This document shows positions 18,470 through 28,159 of a DNA stretch of 64,000 nt, piece by piece. This stretch comes from an uncultured Alphaproteobacteria bacterium (lineage in GTDB: Bacteria > Pseudomonadota > Alphaproteobacteria > ATCC43930 > CGMCC-115725). The stretch lies in contig CAWBIT010000004.1 in assembly GCA_963789025.1 (NCBI GenBank), positions 253,041-317,040 of the forward strand, read 5' to 3'. A program made the position numbers and the translations under genes. Below the pieces are notes generated by a model, which did not search any database, had not been told where the DNA came from, and saw only the letters and a program-made list of their open reading frames with translations. Position 1 is the first letter of the stretch; every line of letters starts with the position of its first letter.

Positions 18470-20755
18470 ATGAGCGCCGTCCACGCCACCATCGAGAATG
18501 TGAGCCGCCGCGGCTTCCTGCGGGGCTTGATCGCGACCGGCGGCCTGGTCGTCGCCGCCGAATTCGTGCCGGCCCGCGCCGCGCTCGCGACCTTCGCCAC
18601 CGGCGCGGCCAAAATGCCCGGCGGGGTCGTCAGCGACCCGCATGTCTTTGTCTCGATCGACCCCAGCGGCCTCGTGACGATCGTCGCGCACCGCGCCGAG
18701 ATGGGCACCGGCTCGAAGACCAGCCTGCCAATGGCGGTCGCGGACGAGCTCGAAGCCGACTGGTCGCGCGTGAAGGTCGTGCAATCGCCTGGCGATGAGA
18801 AGAAATACGGCAACCAGAACACCGACGGTTCGCGCAGTCTGCGCCATTTCATCCAGCCGATGCGCGAATGCGGCGCCGCAGCGCGGCTCATGCTCGAAAT
18901 CGCCGCCGCGCAGCGCTGGAACGTTCCGGTCAGCGAGGTGCAGGCGCAGAACCATGAGGTCATCCACAAGCCCTCGGGCCGCAAGCTCGGCTATGGCGAC
19001 CTCGCGGCCGCCGCGAGCGCATTGCCGATGCCGCCCGCCGACCAGATCAAGCTCAAGGACGAATCCGCGTTTCGCTATCTCGGCAAAGGCAACGTCCAGA
19101 TCGTCGATCTGTTCGACATCACGACCGGCCGCGCCGTCTACGGCATCGACACCAGGCTCGCCGGGCTGAAATATGCGGTCATTGCGCGGCCGCCGGTCAT
19201 GGGCGGCAAGCTCGCCTCCTATGACGGCAGCGCCGCGATGAAGGTGCCGGGCGTCGAGAAGATCGTCGTCATCGAGGGCACGCCGCCGCCATCGAAGTTT
19301 CAGCCGATCGGCGGCGTCGCGGTCATTGCCCGCAACACCTGGGCGGCAATCAAGGGGCGCGACGCGCTGGTCATCAAGTGGGATGACGGGCCGCACGCCA
19401 GTTACAATTCGGCCGCTTACAAGGCCCAGCTGGAAGAAACCGCGCGCAAGCCGGGTAAGGTCGTGCGGGATGAAGGCGATGCCGAGAAGGCCCTAGGATC
19501 CGCTGCGAAGATGGTGTTCGCGGAATATTACGCCCCGCATCTCGCTCATGCCCCGATGGAGCCGACTTGCGCGACGGCGCGCGTCGCCAACGGCAAGTGC
19601 GAGGTTTGGGCGGCAGTGCAGAGCCCCGGCGGCACGCAAAACGAGCTGGTCGAGAAGCTTGGCCTCAAGCCGGAAGATGTGACGGTCAACGTCACCCTGC
19701 TCGGCGGCGGCTTCGGCCGGAAGTCAAAGCCCGACTTTGTGCTCGAGGCGGCATTGCTGTCGCGCGAGATGGGAGGCGCCCCGGTCAAAGTCACATGGAC
19801 GCGCGAGGACGACCTCCACCACGATTATCTGCACACGGTCTCGGCCGAGCGCATCGATGCCGGGCTCGACGCGCAAGGCCACGTCGTCGCTTGGCGCCAC
19901 CGCACCGTCGCGCCGACCATCCGGGCCACCTTTGTCCCGGACCCGAAATTCGAGACGCCAGGGGAGCTCAGCCTAGGCGTGCTCGACGTGCCGTTCAATA
20001 TCGCCAACCTGCGTTGCGAGGTGGGCGAAGCCGAGGCGCACACCCGCATCGGCTGGTTCCGCTCGGTGTCGAACATCCCGCACGCCTTTGCGATTCAGTC
20101 GTTTGTCGCCGAGCTCGCCCATGCGGCAGGACGCGACCCCAAGGACATGCTGATCGAGCTGCTCGGGCCGTCGCGGCTCGTGAAGCCGCCCGCCGAATAC
20201 ACCAATTACGGCGACCCGCTCGAAACCTACCCGATCGATACGGCGCGATTGCGGCGCGTCGTCGATCTCGTCGCCGACAAGGCGGAATGGGGCAAGAAAT
20301 TGCCGCCCAGGCACGGCCAGGGCATCGCTGTGCATCGCAGCTTCTTGAGCTATGTCGCCACCGTCGTCGAGGTTGCGGTCGACGACAAGGGAAAGCTGAC
20401 GGTGCCGCGCGTCGACAGCGCGATCGATTGCGGCTTTGCCGCCAACCCCGAGCGTATATACTCGCAAGTGGAAGGGGCGGCGGTGATGGGGCTGAGCCTC
20501 GCGCGCTATGGCGAGATCAGCTTCAAGAACGGGCGCGTCCAGCAAAACAACTTCGACGGCTTTCAGGTCCTGCGCATCGACGAGTCGCCGCCGATCACGC
20601 ATGTCTGGATCGTGCCCAACGGGATCGACGTGCCGTCGAGCGGCGTCGGCGAGCCGGGGTTGCCGCCCTTCGCGCCGGCTTTGTGCAACGCGATCTTCGC
20701 CGCGACCGGCAAACGTATCCGGCGTCTGCCGATCGGCAACCAGCTGGCGACCTGA
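18470..20755 (+). CDS. Molybdopterin-binding large subunit (IorB / xanthine-dehydrogenase family), TAT-exported, copy 1
   Basis: Twin-arginine leader [24 protein letters not shown] and GVGEPGLPP motifs of the aldehyde-oxidase/XDH family. Starts 1 nt after the small-subunit stop. Confidence 0.9.
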   Translation: MSAVHATIENVSRRGFLRGLIATGGLVVAAEFVPARAALATFATGAAKMPGGVVSDPHVFVSIDPSGLVTIVAHRAEMGTGSKTSLPMAVADELEADWSRVKVVQSPGDEKKYGNQNTDGSRSLRHFIQPMRECGAAARLMLEIAAAQRWNVPVSEVQAQNHEVIHKPSGRKLGYGDLAAAASALPMPPADQIKLKDESAFRYLGKGNVQIVDLFDITTGRAVYGIDTRLAGLKYAVIARPPVMGGKLASYDGSAAMKVPGVEKIVVIEGTPPPSKFQPIGGVAVIARNTWAAIKGRDALVIKWDDGPHASYNSAAYKAQLEETARKPGKVVRDEGDAEKALGSAAKMVFAEYYAPHLAHAPMEPTCATARVANGKCEVWAAVQSPGGTQNELVEKLGLKPEDVTVNVTLLGGGFGRKSKPDFVLEAALLSREMGGAPVKVTWTREDDLHHDYLHTVSAERIDAGLDAQGHVVAWRHRTVAPTIRATFVPDPKFETPGELSLGVLDVPFNIANLRCEVGEAEAHTRIGWFRSVSNIPHAFAIQSFVAELAHAAGRDPKDMLIELLGPSRLVKPPAEYTNYGDPLETYPIDTARLRRVVDLVADKAEWGKKLPPRHGQGIAVHRSFLSYVATVVEVAVDDKGKLTVPRVDSAIDCGFAANPERIYSQVEGAAVMGLSLARYGEISFKNGRVQQNNFDGFQVLRIDESPPITHVWIVPNGIDVPSSGVGEPGLPPFAPALCNAIFAATGKRIRRLPIGNQLAT

Positions 20756-20854
20756 CGTTTGGCACCGGGCGGGGTCCCCGCTCGGCGCCATAGCCGCATC
20801 GATGCGCGCCGCCGGCGCTGGCAGTATATCTTGGCATCGCAAAAAAAATCGGTG

Positions 20855-20918
20855 CCGGGGCTTTAATATGAGATCAGCAAGGGAGGCCGGGGCTTTAATA
20901 TGAGATCAGCAAGGGAGG
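20855..20918 (+). repeat. Perfect 32-bp tandem duplication spanning the Shine-Dalgarno of the PQQ dehydrogenase
   Basis: CCGGGGCTTTAATATGAGATCAGCAAGGGAGG occurs twice back-to-back (20855-20886 and 20887-20918), ending 6 nt before the ATG at 20925. Confidence 0.95.
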
Positions 20919-20924
20919 AAGCCT

Positions 20925-22649
20925 ATGCGAATGCAAAAATGGATGTGGGGCGGCTTGGCGGCAGCATCGGCTCTATGGTCGTTAGCTGCGGCTGCCGCCG
21001 AGATCGGCAACTACAGCCCGGTCACAGCCGACCGGCTCACCAACCCCGAACCCGGCAACTGGATGCTCTACCGCCGCACCTATGACGGCCAGGGCTACAG
21101 CCCGCTCGACAAGATCAACACGACCAACGTCAAGAGCCTGGAGCCGGCGTGGACATTTTCGACCGGCGTCATCGAAGGTCACGAGGCGCCGCCGATCGTC
21201 AACAACGGCGTCATGTTTGTGGCGACGCCGATGAACCAGGTCATCGCCCTCGACGCCAAGACTGGCGACCAAATTTGGCGCTACAAGCGGGAATTGCCCG
21301 AAGACCTGACGCAGCTGCATCCGACGAGCCGCGGCGTCGGGCTCTGGCAGGACAAGCTCTACCTCGCCACCACCGATGATCACCTGGTGGCGCTCGACGC
21401 CAAGACCGGCAAGGTGGCGTGGGACCAGAAGGTCCAGGATTACAAGAAGGGACAGTACATGACCTTGATGCCGTTGGTGGTTAACGGCAAGGTCCTCGTC
21501 GGTGGCTCGGGCGGCGAATATGGCGTACGCGGCTATGTCGTCGCCTATGACGCCAACGACGGCAAGGAACTGTGGCGCACCTTCACCATTCCCGGGCCAG
21601 GTGAGCCCGGCCACGAGACCTGGCAGGGCGACGACTGGAAGAGCGGCGGCGGCTCGGCCTGGATGACCGGAAATTACGATCCCGCCCTGAACCTCGTGTA
21701 CTGGGGCGTCGGCAACGCCGCGCCGTGGCCCGGCGACCTGCATCCCGGCGACAACCTTTACACCAGTTCGGTCCTGGCGCTCGATCCCGGCTCCGGAAAG
21801 ATCAAAGCCTACCACCAGTACCACCCGAACAACTCGTGGGACTGGGACGAAGTCGAGGCGCCGATGCTGATCGATCTGCAAAAAGACGGGCAGACGATCA
21901 AGAGCCTCGTCCATCCCGGCCGCGACGCCATTTTCTGGGTGTTGGAGCGCAAGCCGGACAAAATCGATTTTGTCGCGGGATGGCCGTTTGTTTACACCGA
22001 CGTGTGGAAGTCGATCGACCCTGAGACCGGCAAGCCCACCGCCGACCCCGATCACAAGCCCGCGCTCGGTAAAAAGATCGCGTTCTGCCCCTCGCTGTGG
22101 GGCGGCAAGGACTGGCCGTCCGCCGCCTACAGCCCGAAGACGCACTTGGTCTACGCGCCGGCGCAGAATAACTTCTGCGGCAGCTTTGTCGGCGCCAAGG
22201 AGCCGCTCGAGCCCGGCAAGCTGTGGCTCGGGACAAAAGAATCGGACATCCTCTTAACCGAGCGTCCGGGCGCGGATCACTTCGGCGAACTTCAGGCCTG
22301 GGACCCGGCGACCGGCAAGAAGGCATGGCAGCATAATTTCCGCTGGCAGCTGATGGCCACCGTACTCGCCACCGGTGGCGACCTCGTCTTTGTCGGCGGC
22401 ACCAACGACCGCATGTTCCGCGCCTTCGACGCCAAGACCGGAGACCTGCTGTGGGAGCAGAAGACCAACTCCGGCATTACCGGCGCCCCCGTCGCCTTTG
22501 CGGTCGACGGTACGGAATACATCGCCGTGCAGTCCGGCTGGGGCGTTGACGCCGAGCGCATCCAGGACAAACTGGCGCAAGCCAATATCGGCGTCAGCGA
22601 CAACGTTCCCCAGGGCGGCGTCGTCTGGGTGTTCAAGGTGAAGCAGTAG
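20925..22649 (+). CDS. PQQ-dependent dehydrogenase, methanol/ethanol (type I ADH/XoxF-like) family, atypical, copy 1
   Basis: Signal peptide and eight-bladed propeller W-motifs (...APPIVNNGVMFVAT..., GGSGGEYGVRGYV, GGGSAWMTG, DNLYTSS, SWDWDEV). Confidence 0.9.
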   Translation: MRMQKWMWGGLAAASALWSLAAAAAEIGNYSPVTADRLTNPEPGNWMLYRRTYDGQGYSPLDKINTTNVKSLEPAWTFSTGVIEGHEAPPIVNNGVMFVATPMNQVIALDAKTGDQIWRYKRELPEDLTQLHPTSRGVGLWQDKLYLATTDDHLVALDAKTGKVAWDQKVQDYKKGQYMTLMPLVVNGKVLVGGSGGEYGVRGYVVAYDANDGKELWRTFTIPGPGEPGHETWQGDDWKSGGGSAWMTGNYDPALNLVYWGVGNAAPWPGDLHPGDNLYTSSVLALDPGSGKIKAYHQYHPNNSWDWDEVEAPMLIDLQKDGQTIKSLVHPGRDAIFWVLERKPDKIDFVAGWPFVYTDVWKSIDPETGKPTADPDHKPALGKKIAFCPSLWGGKDWPSAAYSPKTHLVYAPAQNNFCGSFVGAKEPLEPGKLWLGTKESDILLTERPGADHFGELQAWDPATGKKAWQHNFRWQLMATVLATGGDLVFVGGTNDRMFRAFDAKTGDLLWEQKTNSGITGAPVAFAVDGTEYIAVQSGWGVDAERIQDKLAQANIGVSDNVPQGGVVWVFKVKQ

Positions 22650-22697
22650 CCCCCTCCCATTCCCTCCCCCGCAAACGGGGGAGGGTTAGGGTGGGGG
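22650..22697. repeat. REP-like palindromic element (type A variant)
   Basis: CCCCCTCCCATTCCCTCCCCCGC-AAA-CGGGGGAGGGTTAGGGTGGGGG begins at the base after the dehydrogenase stop. Confidence 0.7.
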
Positions 22698-22773
22698 CTT
22701 GGCGGCGGCAAGGTCGTCGCCGGGGTATTTTTACTGTATGCAACGCCTCTGGGCAGACGAGGGAGGAGACCCG

Positions 22774-23226
22774 ATGGTCAAGTTACAGGTCAACGGCCAG
22801 GCGCAGTCCTTCGATGGCGATCCATCGATGCCGCTGCTCTGGTATCTGCGGGATGAGCTGGGGCTCACCGGGACGAAATACGGCTGCGGCGTGGCGCTGT
22901 GCGGCGCCTGCACGGTCCATATCGACGGTCAAGCCTCGCGTGCTTGTGCCACGGCGATAAGCGATGTCGCCGGGCGCTCGGTGACGACGATCGAGGGGCT
23001 CGATCGCGACGGCAATCACCCGGTACAGAAGGCTTGGCGCGCCTTGAATGTTCCGCAATGCGGCTACTGCCAAGCCGGGCAGATCATGCAGGCCGCGGCG
23101 CTGCTGGCGACGACGAAGAATCCGTCCGAGGCCGAGATCAACGACGCCATGAGCGGCAACATCTGCCGCTGCGGCTGCTACCAGCGCATCACCGCCGCTA
23201 TCAAGGCGGCTGCCACAGGAGCCTGA
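22774..23226 (+). CDS. (2Fe-2S)-binding small subunit, copy 2
   Basis: [31 protein letters not shown]... is nearly identical in pattern to 18016-18468. Start set at the ATG at 22774, preceded by GGGAGGAG; the track start at 22699 lies in the REP element. Confidence 0.9.
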   Translation: MVKLQVNGQAQSFDGDPSMPLLWYLRDELGLTGTKYGCGVALCGACTVHIDGQASRACATAISDVAGRSVTTIEGLDRDGNHPVQKAWRALNVPQCGYCQAGQIMQAAALLATTKNPSEAEINDAMSGNICRCGCYQRITAAIKAAATGA

Positions 23227-23227
23227 C

Positions 23228-25579
23228 ATGACCCCAGTCCACGTCGTTATCGAGAATGTCAGCCGCCGTGGCTTCCTCAAGGGAGTGCTCGCCACCGGCG
23301 GTCTCGTCATCGCCGCCGAGTTTGTGCCGGCGCGGTCCGCGCTCGCCGCTTACACCACCGGCGCCGGGAAGATGCCTCACGGCGTAAAGTGGGATCCCCA
23401 CATCTTTGTTTCGATCGCGCCCGACGGCACCGTGACCATCGTTGCCATTCGCTCGGAGATGGGCACCGGCTCGCGCACCAGCCTGCCGATGGTCGTCGCC
23501 GACGAAATGGAAGCCGATTGGTCGCGCGTGCGCGTTGCGCAAGCGCCGGGCGACGAGGAGAAATACGGCAATCAGGACACCGACGGCTCGCGCAGCCTGC
23601 GCCACGGCATCCAGCCGATGCGCCAATGCGGCACCGCCATCCGGCAGATGCTGGAGACCGCCGCAGCGCAGCGCTGGGGCGTCGATCCCGGCGAGGTCCA
23701 GGCGCAGAACCACGAGGTCGTACACAAACCCTCGGGGCGCAAGCTCGGCTATGGCGAGCTGGCCGCCGACGCCAGCGCCCTGCCGACGCCACCGGTCGAT
23801 CAAATCAAGCTCAAGGATCCCGCCGCCTTCCGGTACATCGGGAGGGGCACGACGCCGATCGTCGATCTCTTCGACATCACCACCGGGCGTGCGATCTACG
23901 GTATCGATGCCAAGCTTCCCGGTATGAAATATGCGGTCGTCGCCCGGCCGCCGGTGTTCGGCGGCAAGGTCGTGTCCTTCAATTCCGATGCCGCGATGAA
24001 GATCCCGGGCGTCGAGAAGGTCGTGACCATCGAGGGCACGCCAGCGCCGGCCAAGTTCCAGCCCCTGGGCGGAGTCGCGGTCATCGCGGGCAATACCTGG
24101 GCGGCGATCAAGGGACGCGAGGCACTCCAAGTGACCTGGGATGACGGTCCGAACGGCTCCTACAATTCGGCGGCTTTCAAAGCGCAGATCGAGGAGACGG
24201 CACGCCAGCCGGGCAAGGTCGTGCGCAACGACGGCGACGCCGAGAAGGCGCTGGCGTCGGCCGCCAAGGTAGTCTCGGCAGAGTATTACATCCCGCACCT
24301 CGCGCATGCGACGATGGAGCCGCCGAGCGCAACCGTGCGCATGAGCACCGAATCGACCAACCAGACTGTCGGCGAGTCTACAATGCGGATGGGCGCCGGC
24401 GGGAAGTGCGAGGCTTGGGCCTGCGTGCAAAGCCCCGGCAACACGCGGGAAGAACTCGCCAAGAAGCTCGGTTTGAAAGAAGAGGACGTGACCGTCCATG
24501 TCACGCTGTTGGGCGGCGGCTTCGGCCGCAAGTCGAAATGCGATTTCGTTCTCGAAGCGGCGGTACTGTCGAAGGCGATGGGCGGCGCTCCGGTGAAAGT
24601 GATCTGGACGCGCGAGGACGACCTGCGGAACAGCTACTACCACACCGTCTCCGCCGAACGCATCGATGCCGGCCTCGATGCGACCGGCAAGGTGATCGCC
24701 TGGCGGCATCGCAGCGTCGCACCGACCATCTTGTCGATCTTCAAACCCGACCAGACGCACGAGGCGCCGTTCGAGCTGGGCATGGGCTTGGTCGACGTGC
24801 CGTTCGACATCCCCAACCTGCGCTGCGAGAACGGCGAGGCGGAGGCCCATACGCGCATCGGCTGGTTCCGCTCGGTGTACAACATCCCGCACGGCTTCGC
24901 CGTCCAGTCCTTCGCCGCCGAGCTCGCCAACGCAACCGGGCGCGACCCCAAGGAGATGCTGCTCGCGCTGATCGGGCCGCCCCGCATCGTCGATCCCCGC
25001 AAATCGCCCGACGTCGCCGATTTCTGGAACTACGGTGACCCGTTCGAGACCTACCCGATCGACACCGCGCGGCTCACGCGTGTCGTCGAGCTCGTGGCGC
25101 AGAAGGCAGACTGGGGCCGCAAGCTGCCGGCGCGGCATGGTCTCGGCATCGCCGTCCATCGCAGCTTCCTCACCTATGTCGCGACCGTCGTCGAAGCGGC
25201 AGTGGACCAGAAGGGCCATGTGACGGTGCCGCGGGTCGACACCGCGATCGATTGCGGCTTCGCCGCCAATCCCGAGCGCATTCGCTCACAGATCGAAGGC
25301 GCGGCGGTGATGGGGATGGGTCTCACGCTCTATGGCGAGATCACGTTCAAAAAAGGCGGCGTCGAACAGAGCAACTACGACGGTTACCGAGTGCTTCGCA
25401 TCGACGAGTCGCCGCCGGTCACCGATGTGCATATCGTCCCCAATGGAATCGAGGTGCCGTCGAGCGGCGTCGGTGAGCCGGGGCTGCCGCCTTTTGCGCC
25501 GGCGCTGTGCAACGCGATCTTCGCCGCCACCGGCAAGCGCATCCGCCGCCTGCCGGTCGGCGATCAGCTGGCGGCGTAG
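23228..25579 (+). CDS. Molybdopterin-binding large subunit, TAT-exported, copy 2
   Basis: [15 protein letters not shown] twin-arginine leader. Collinear with 18470-20755 apart from a ~17-codon insertion near 24343-24393. Confidence 0.9.
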   Translation: MTPVHVVIENVSRRGFLKGVLATGGLVIAAEFVPARSALAAYTTGAGKMPHGVKWDPHIFVSIAPDGTVTIVAIRSEMGTGSRTSLPMVVADEMEADWSRVRVAQAPGDEEKYGNQDTDGSRSLRHGIQPMRQCGTAIRQMLETAAAQRWGVDPGEVQAQNHEVVHKPSGRKLGYGELAADASALPTPPVDQIKLKDPAAFRYIGRGTTPIVDLFDITTGRAIYGIDAKLPGMKYAVVARPPVFGGKVVSFNSDAAMKIPGVEKVVTIEGTPAPAKFQPLGGVAVIAGNTWAAIKGREALQVTWDDGPNGSYNSAAFKAQIEETARQPGKVVRNDGDAEKALASAAKVVSAEYYIPHLAHATMEPPSATVRMSTESTNQTVGESTMRMGAGGKCEAWACVQSPGNTREELAKKLGLKEEDVTVHVTLLGGGFGRKSKCDFVLEAAVLSKAMGGAPVKVIWTREDDLRNSYYHTVSAERIDAGLDATGKVIAWRHRSVAPTILSIFKPDQTHEAPFELGMGLVDVPFDIPNLRCENGEAEAHTRIGWFRSVYNIPHGFAVQSFAAELANATGRDPKEMLLALIGPPRIVDPRKSPDVADFWNYGDPFETYPIDTARLTRVVELVAQKADWGRKLPARHGLGIAVHRSFLTYVATVVEAAVDQKGHVTVPRVDTAIDCGFAANPERIRSQIEGAAVMGMGLTLYGEITFKKGGVEQSNYDGYRVLRIDESPPVTDVHIVPNGIEVPSSGVGEPGLPPFAPALCNAIFAATGKRIRRLPVGDQLAA

Positions 25580-25620
25580 GGGCCGGTCGGGGATGCTTAC
25601 CGCGAGGCATTGCGCCCTTT

Positions 25621-25727
25621 CACTCGTCATTCCGGCGAAAGCGGGAAGCCAGGGATAGCGACGGTGCCAGTTGCCCCCTGTTCAAGCCAGGGGCAGGCTC
25701 TGGACCCCCGCTTTCGCGGGGGCGACG
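25621..25727. repeat. REP-like element (type B, 'VIPAKAGIQ / LDPRFRGGD'-coding type)
   Basis: GTCATTCCGGCGAAAGCGGGAAGCC ... CCCGCTTTCGCGGGGGCGACGG. Inverted arms GCGAAAGCGGG (25635-25645) and CCCGCTTTCGC (25707-25717). Confidence 0.7.
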
Positions 25728-25729
25728 GC

Positions 25730-26323
25730 TTGTGCTTGGGGGAATGGGGTGGTCGTGATTGTCCGTGCAGTGCCCGCCCGATCGACCGGCGCAGGGCGCT
25801 TGAGTTGGGGCTGGGCCTCGCGCTCGTGCCCGGTCTGGCGTTGGCGCAAACCGATGCGGCGCACGAACGGCCGCGCGAAGGCGATGTTTTGGTCGTGGTT
25901 GGTGCTACTCCCCCGGAGCCGCTGAAACCCGACGATTTGAAGCTCGACGCCAAACAGACTTTCGCGTGGCCGATGGATCCTGAGACCAAGACCGTGCGCA
26001 ACGGCTCGCGGCTCAACAAGGTGCTGCTATTGCGCCTCGACCCTGAAGGCTTCGACACCGAGACCAAGGAGCGTACCGCTGACGGTGTTGTCGCCTATTC
26101 GGCGATATGTGTGCACACCGGTTGTGACGTGACCAGCTGGGACCCCAATCGCCAGCTGCTCCAATGTCCCTGTCATTACTCGACTTATGATCCGAAGGAA
26201 GCGGCTAAGGTTGTGAGTGGGCCGGCGCCACGACGCCTGCCGGCGCTGCCACTGAAAATCGTCGATAGCCGGCTAGTCGTTGCAAAGCCGTTCACTGGAC
26301 GGGCCGGTTTCCAACAGATGTGA
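25730..26323 (+). CDS. TAT-exported Rieske (2Fe-2S) domain protein
   Basis: CVHTGCDV...CPCHYSTYD Rieske ligands and a twin-arginine leader IDRRRALELGLGLAL. The start is uncertain (TTG at 25730 or 25736); the track ATG at 25610 lies inside the REP element. Confidence 0.75.
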   Translation: MCLGEWGGRDCPCSARPIDRRRALELGLGLALVPGLALAQTDAAHERPREGDVLVVVGATPPEPLKPDDLKLDAKQTFAWPMDPETKTVRNGSRLNKVLLLRLDPEGFDTETKERTADGVVAYSAICVHTGCDVTSWDPNRQLLQCPCHYSTYDPKEAAKVVSGPAPRRLPALPLKIVDSRLVVAKPFTGRAGFQQM

Positions 26324-26349
26324 CCCCAAGAAAATCGAGGAGAGACGCC

Positions 26350-28128
26350 ATGCAGAAAAAACGTCATCGCCATTACGTGCTCGCGGCGAGCGGGTTGGCG
26401 CTGGTATTGGCCGCTGCAACAGCCTCGGCGCAGCAGCCGCTGCCGCCGCTGCCGACGCCGGACACGCCACCTCCGGTGCCGCCGATATTGCAGAGCTACA
26501 AGCCTGTGACACCGGACGAGCTCAAACAGCCGCAAGATGGCGACTGGCTGATGTACCGCCGCACCTATAATGGCTGGGGCTATAGTCCCCTGTCGCAGAT
26601 CACGGCGGAAAACGTCGGCAAGCTGAAACCAGTGTGGACCTTGGCGACTGGTCAGGTCGAAGGCCACCAGGCGCCGCCGATCGTCAACAACGGCGTGATG
26701 TTCGTCGCGACCCCGGGCAATCAGGTGCTGGCCATCGACGCCAAAAAGGGTGACGTGCTGTGGCGGTTCAAGCGGCCAATCCCGGAAGACATGCTGCTGC
26801 TGCACCCGACGAGCCGCGGTGTCGCCCTGCTCGGGGACAAGGTTTACTTCGCCGCGGCCGATGCCGTGCTCGTGGCGCTCGATGCCAAGACCGGCAAGGA
26901 GGTTTGGAAGGCGCCGGTCGAAGACTACACGCACGGATATTATATGTCATTGGCACCGCTCGTCGCCGACGGCAAGGTGATGGTCGGCGTCTCGGGCGGC
27001 GAACTCGGTGTTCGCGGCTTTGTCGCTGCGTTCGACGCCGAGACCGGCAAACCGCTCTGGAAAACCTACACCGTACCGGCGCCCGGCGAACCGGGCAGCG
27101 AGACCTGGCCCAAGGGCGACCAGTGGAAGACAGGCGGCGGCTCGGTGTGGATTACCGGCGCCTACGATCCCGAAACAGGTCTCAGTTTTTGGGGGACCGG
27201 CAATGGCGGGCCGTGGATGGGGGACCAACGGCCGGGGGACAATCTCTACACCTCATCCGTGCTGGCGCTCGACACTGCGACCGGCAAAATCAAGGGATAC
27301 CATCAATATCACCCCAACGACTCGTGGGATTGGGACGAAGTCTCGCCGCCGATCCTCGTCGATTACCAGCACAATGGTAAGACGATTAAGGGTCTCGTCG
27401 ATGTCGCACGGGACGGCTATCTCTGGGAGCTTGAGCGCACCCCTGACAAGATCAACTTCATAGACGGCAAGCCCTTTGTGAAGCAGAACGTCTTCCTCAG
27501 TCTCGATCCCGAGACCGGGCGGCCCAATGTCGACCCCACTCGCCAACCGGCGACGGGAAAGAAGGCCGATTTCTGTCCTTCGCTGTGGGGCGGCAAGGAT
27601 TGGCCGCCGGTCGCCTACAGCCCGAAGACACGGTTATTGTATATCCCCGCGAATGACAATCTGTGCGGCACATCGATTGGCGAACCAGTCACCTACACCC
27701 CGGGGCAACGTTATGTAGGGGCAACGACAACCCTCTATATCGCGCCGGGCGCCGATCACATCGGCGAGCTGCAAGCCTGGAACCTCGATACCGGACAGAA
27801 GGCCTGGAGCCATCCCTTTGCCAACTCGCAGCTCTGGGGCCCAGTGCTCGCGACGGCCGGCGGGGTCGTGTTCGCGGGCGGCACCAACGACCGGTATTTC
27901 CGCGCCTTCGACGCCTCGAACGGCAAGACCTTATGGGAATTCCGCACCAGCTCCGGGGTGAATGGGGTGCCGGTCTCGTTCCAGATTGACGGCAAGCAAT
28001 ACATCGCCGTGCAGTCGGGCTGGGGCGTCGACGCGGCACGCATGCAGGCCCGCCTCAACCTGGTGCGCCCGTGGGAGTTCCCTGATGTGCCGCAGGGCGG
28101 CTCGGTCTGGGTGTTCGCCGTCGATTAG
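26350..28128 (+). CDS. PQQ-dependent dehydrogenase, methanol/ethanol family, atypical, copy 2
   Basis: The ATG at 26350 is preceded by GAGGAGAG; the track ATG at 26320 overlaps the Rieske stop and remains an alternative. Signal peptide and the same propeller motifs as copy 1 (SWDWDEV, LHPTSRG). Confidence 0.9.
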   Translation: MQKKRHRHYVLAASGLALVLAAATASAQQPLPPLPTPDTPPPVPPILQSYKPVTPDELKQPQDGDWLMYRRTYNGWGYSPLSQITAENVGKLKPVWTLATGQVEGHQAPPIVNNGVMFVATPGNQVLAIDAKKGDVLWRFKRPIPEDMLLLHPTSRGVALLGDKVYFAAADAVLVALDAKTGKEVWKAPVEDYTHGYYMSLAPLVADGKVMVGVSGGELGVRGFVAAFDAETGKPLWKTYTVPAPGEPGSETWPKGDQWKTGGGSVWITGAYDPETGLSFWGTGNGGPWMGDQRPGDNLYTSSVLALDTATGKIKGYHQYHPNDSWDWDEVSPPILVDYQHNGKTIKGLVDVARDGYLWELERTPDKINFIDGKPFVKQNVFLSLDPETGRPNVDPTRQPATGKKADFCPSLWGGKDWPPVAYSPKTRLLYIPANDNLCGTSIGEPVTYTPGQRYVGATTTLYIAPGADHIGELQAWNLDTGQKAWSHPFANSQLWGPVLATAGGVVFAGGTNDRYFRAFDASNGKTLWEFRTSSGVNGVPVSFQIDGKQYIAVQSGWGVDAARMQARLNLVRPWEFPDVPQGGSVWVFAVD

Positions 28129-28159
28129 GACCTGCGCAGCGCTGGATGGGCGGTCAATG

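Noticed and set aside
16960-18984. 674-aa minus-strand ORF spanning the TonB receptor 3' end, the 2Fe-2S subunit and the Mo-subunit start. Similar case: 23201-25219, 672 aa.
   Set aside because: It crosses three well-supported plus-strand genes and has no recognisable motifs and an Arg/Ala/Gly-rich composition. This is a GC-driven open frame.
25610-25729. ATG at 25610 as the start of the Rieske protein (237-aa track ORF)
   Set aside because: The first ~40 codons are the translation of a type B REP element (...HSGESGKPG...LDPRFRGGDG...). The twin-arginine leader begins only after it, so a TTG start near 25730 is more plausible.
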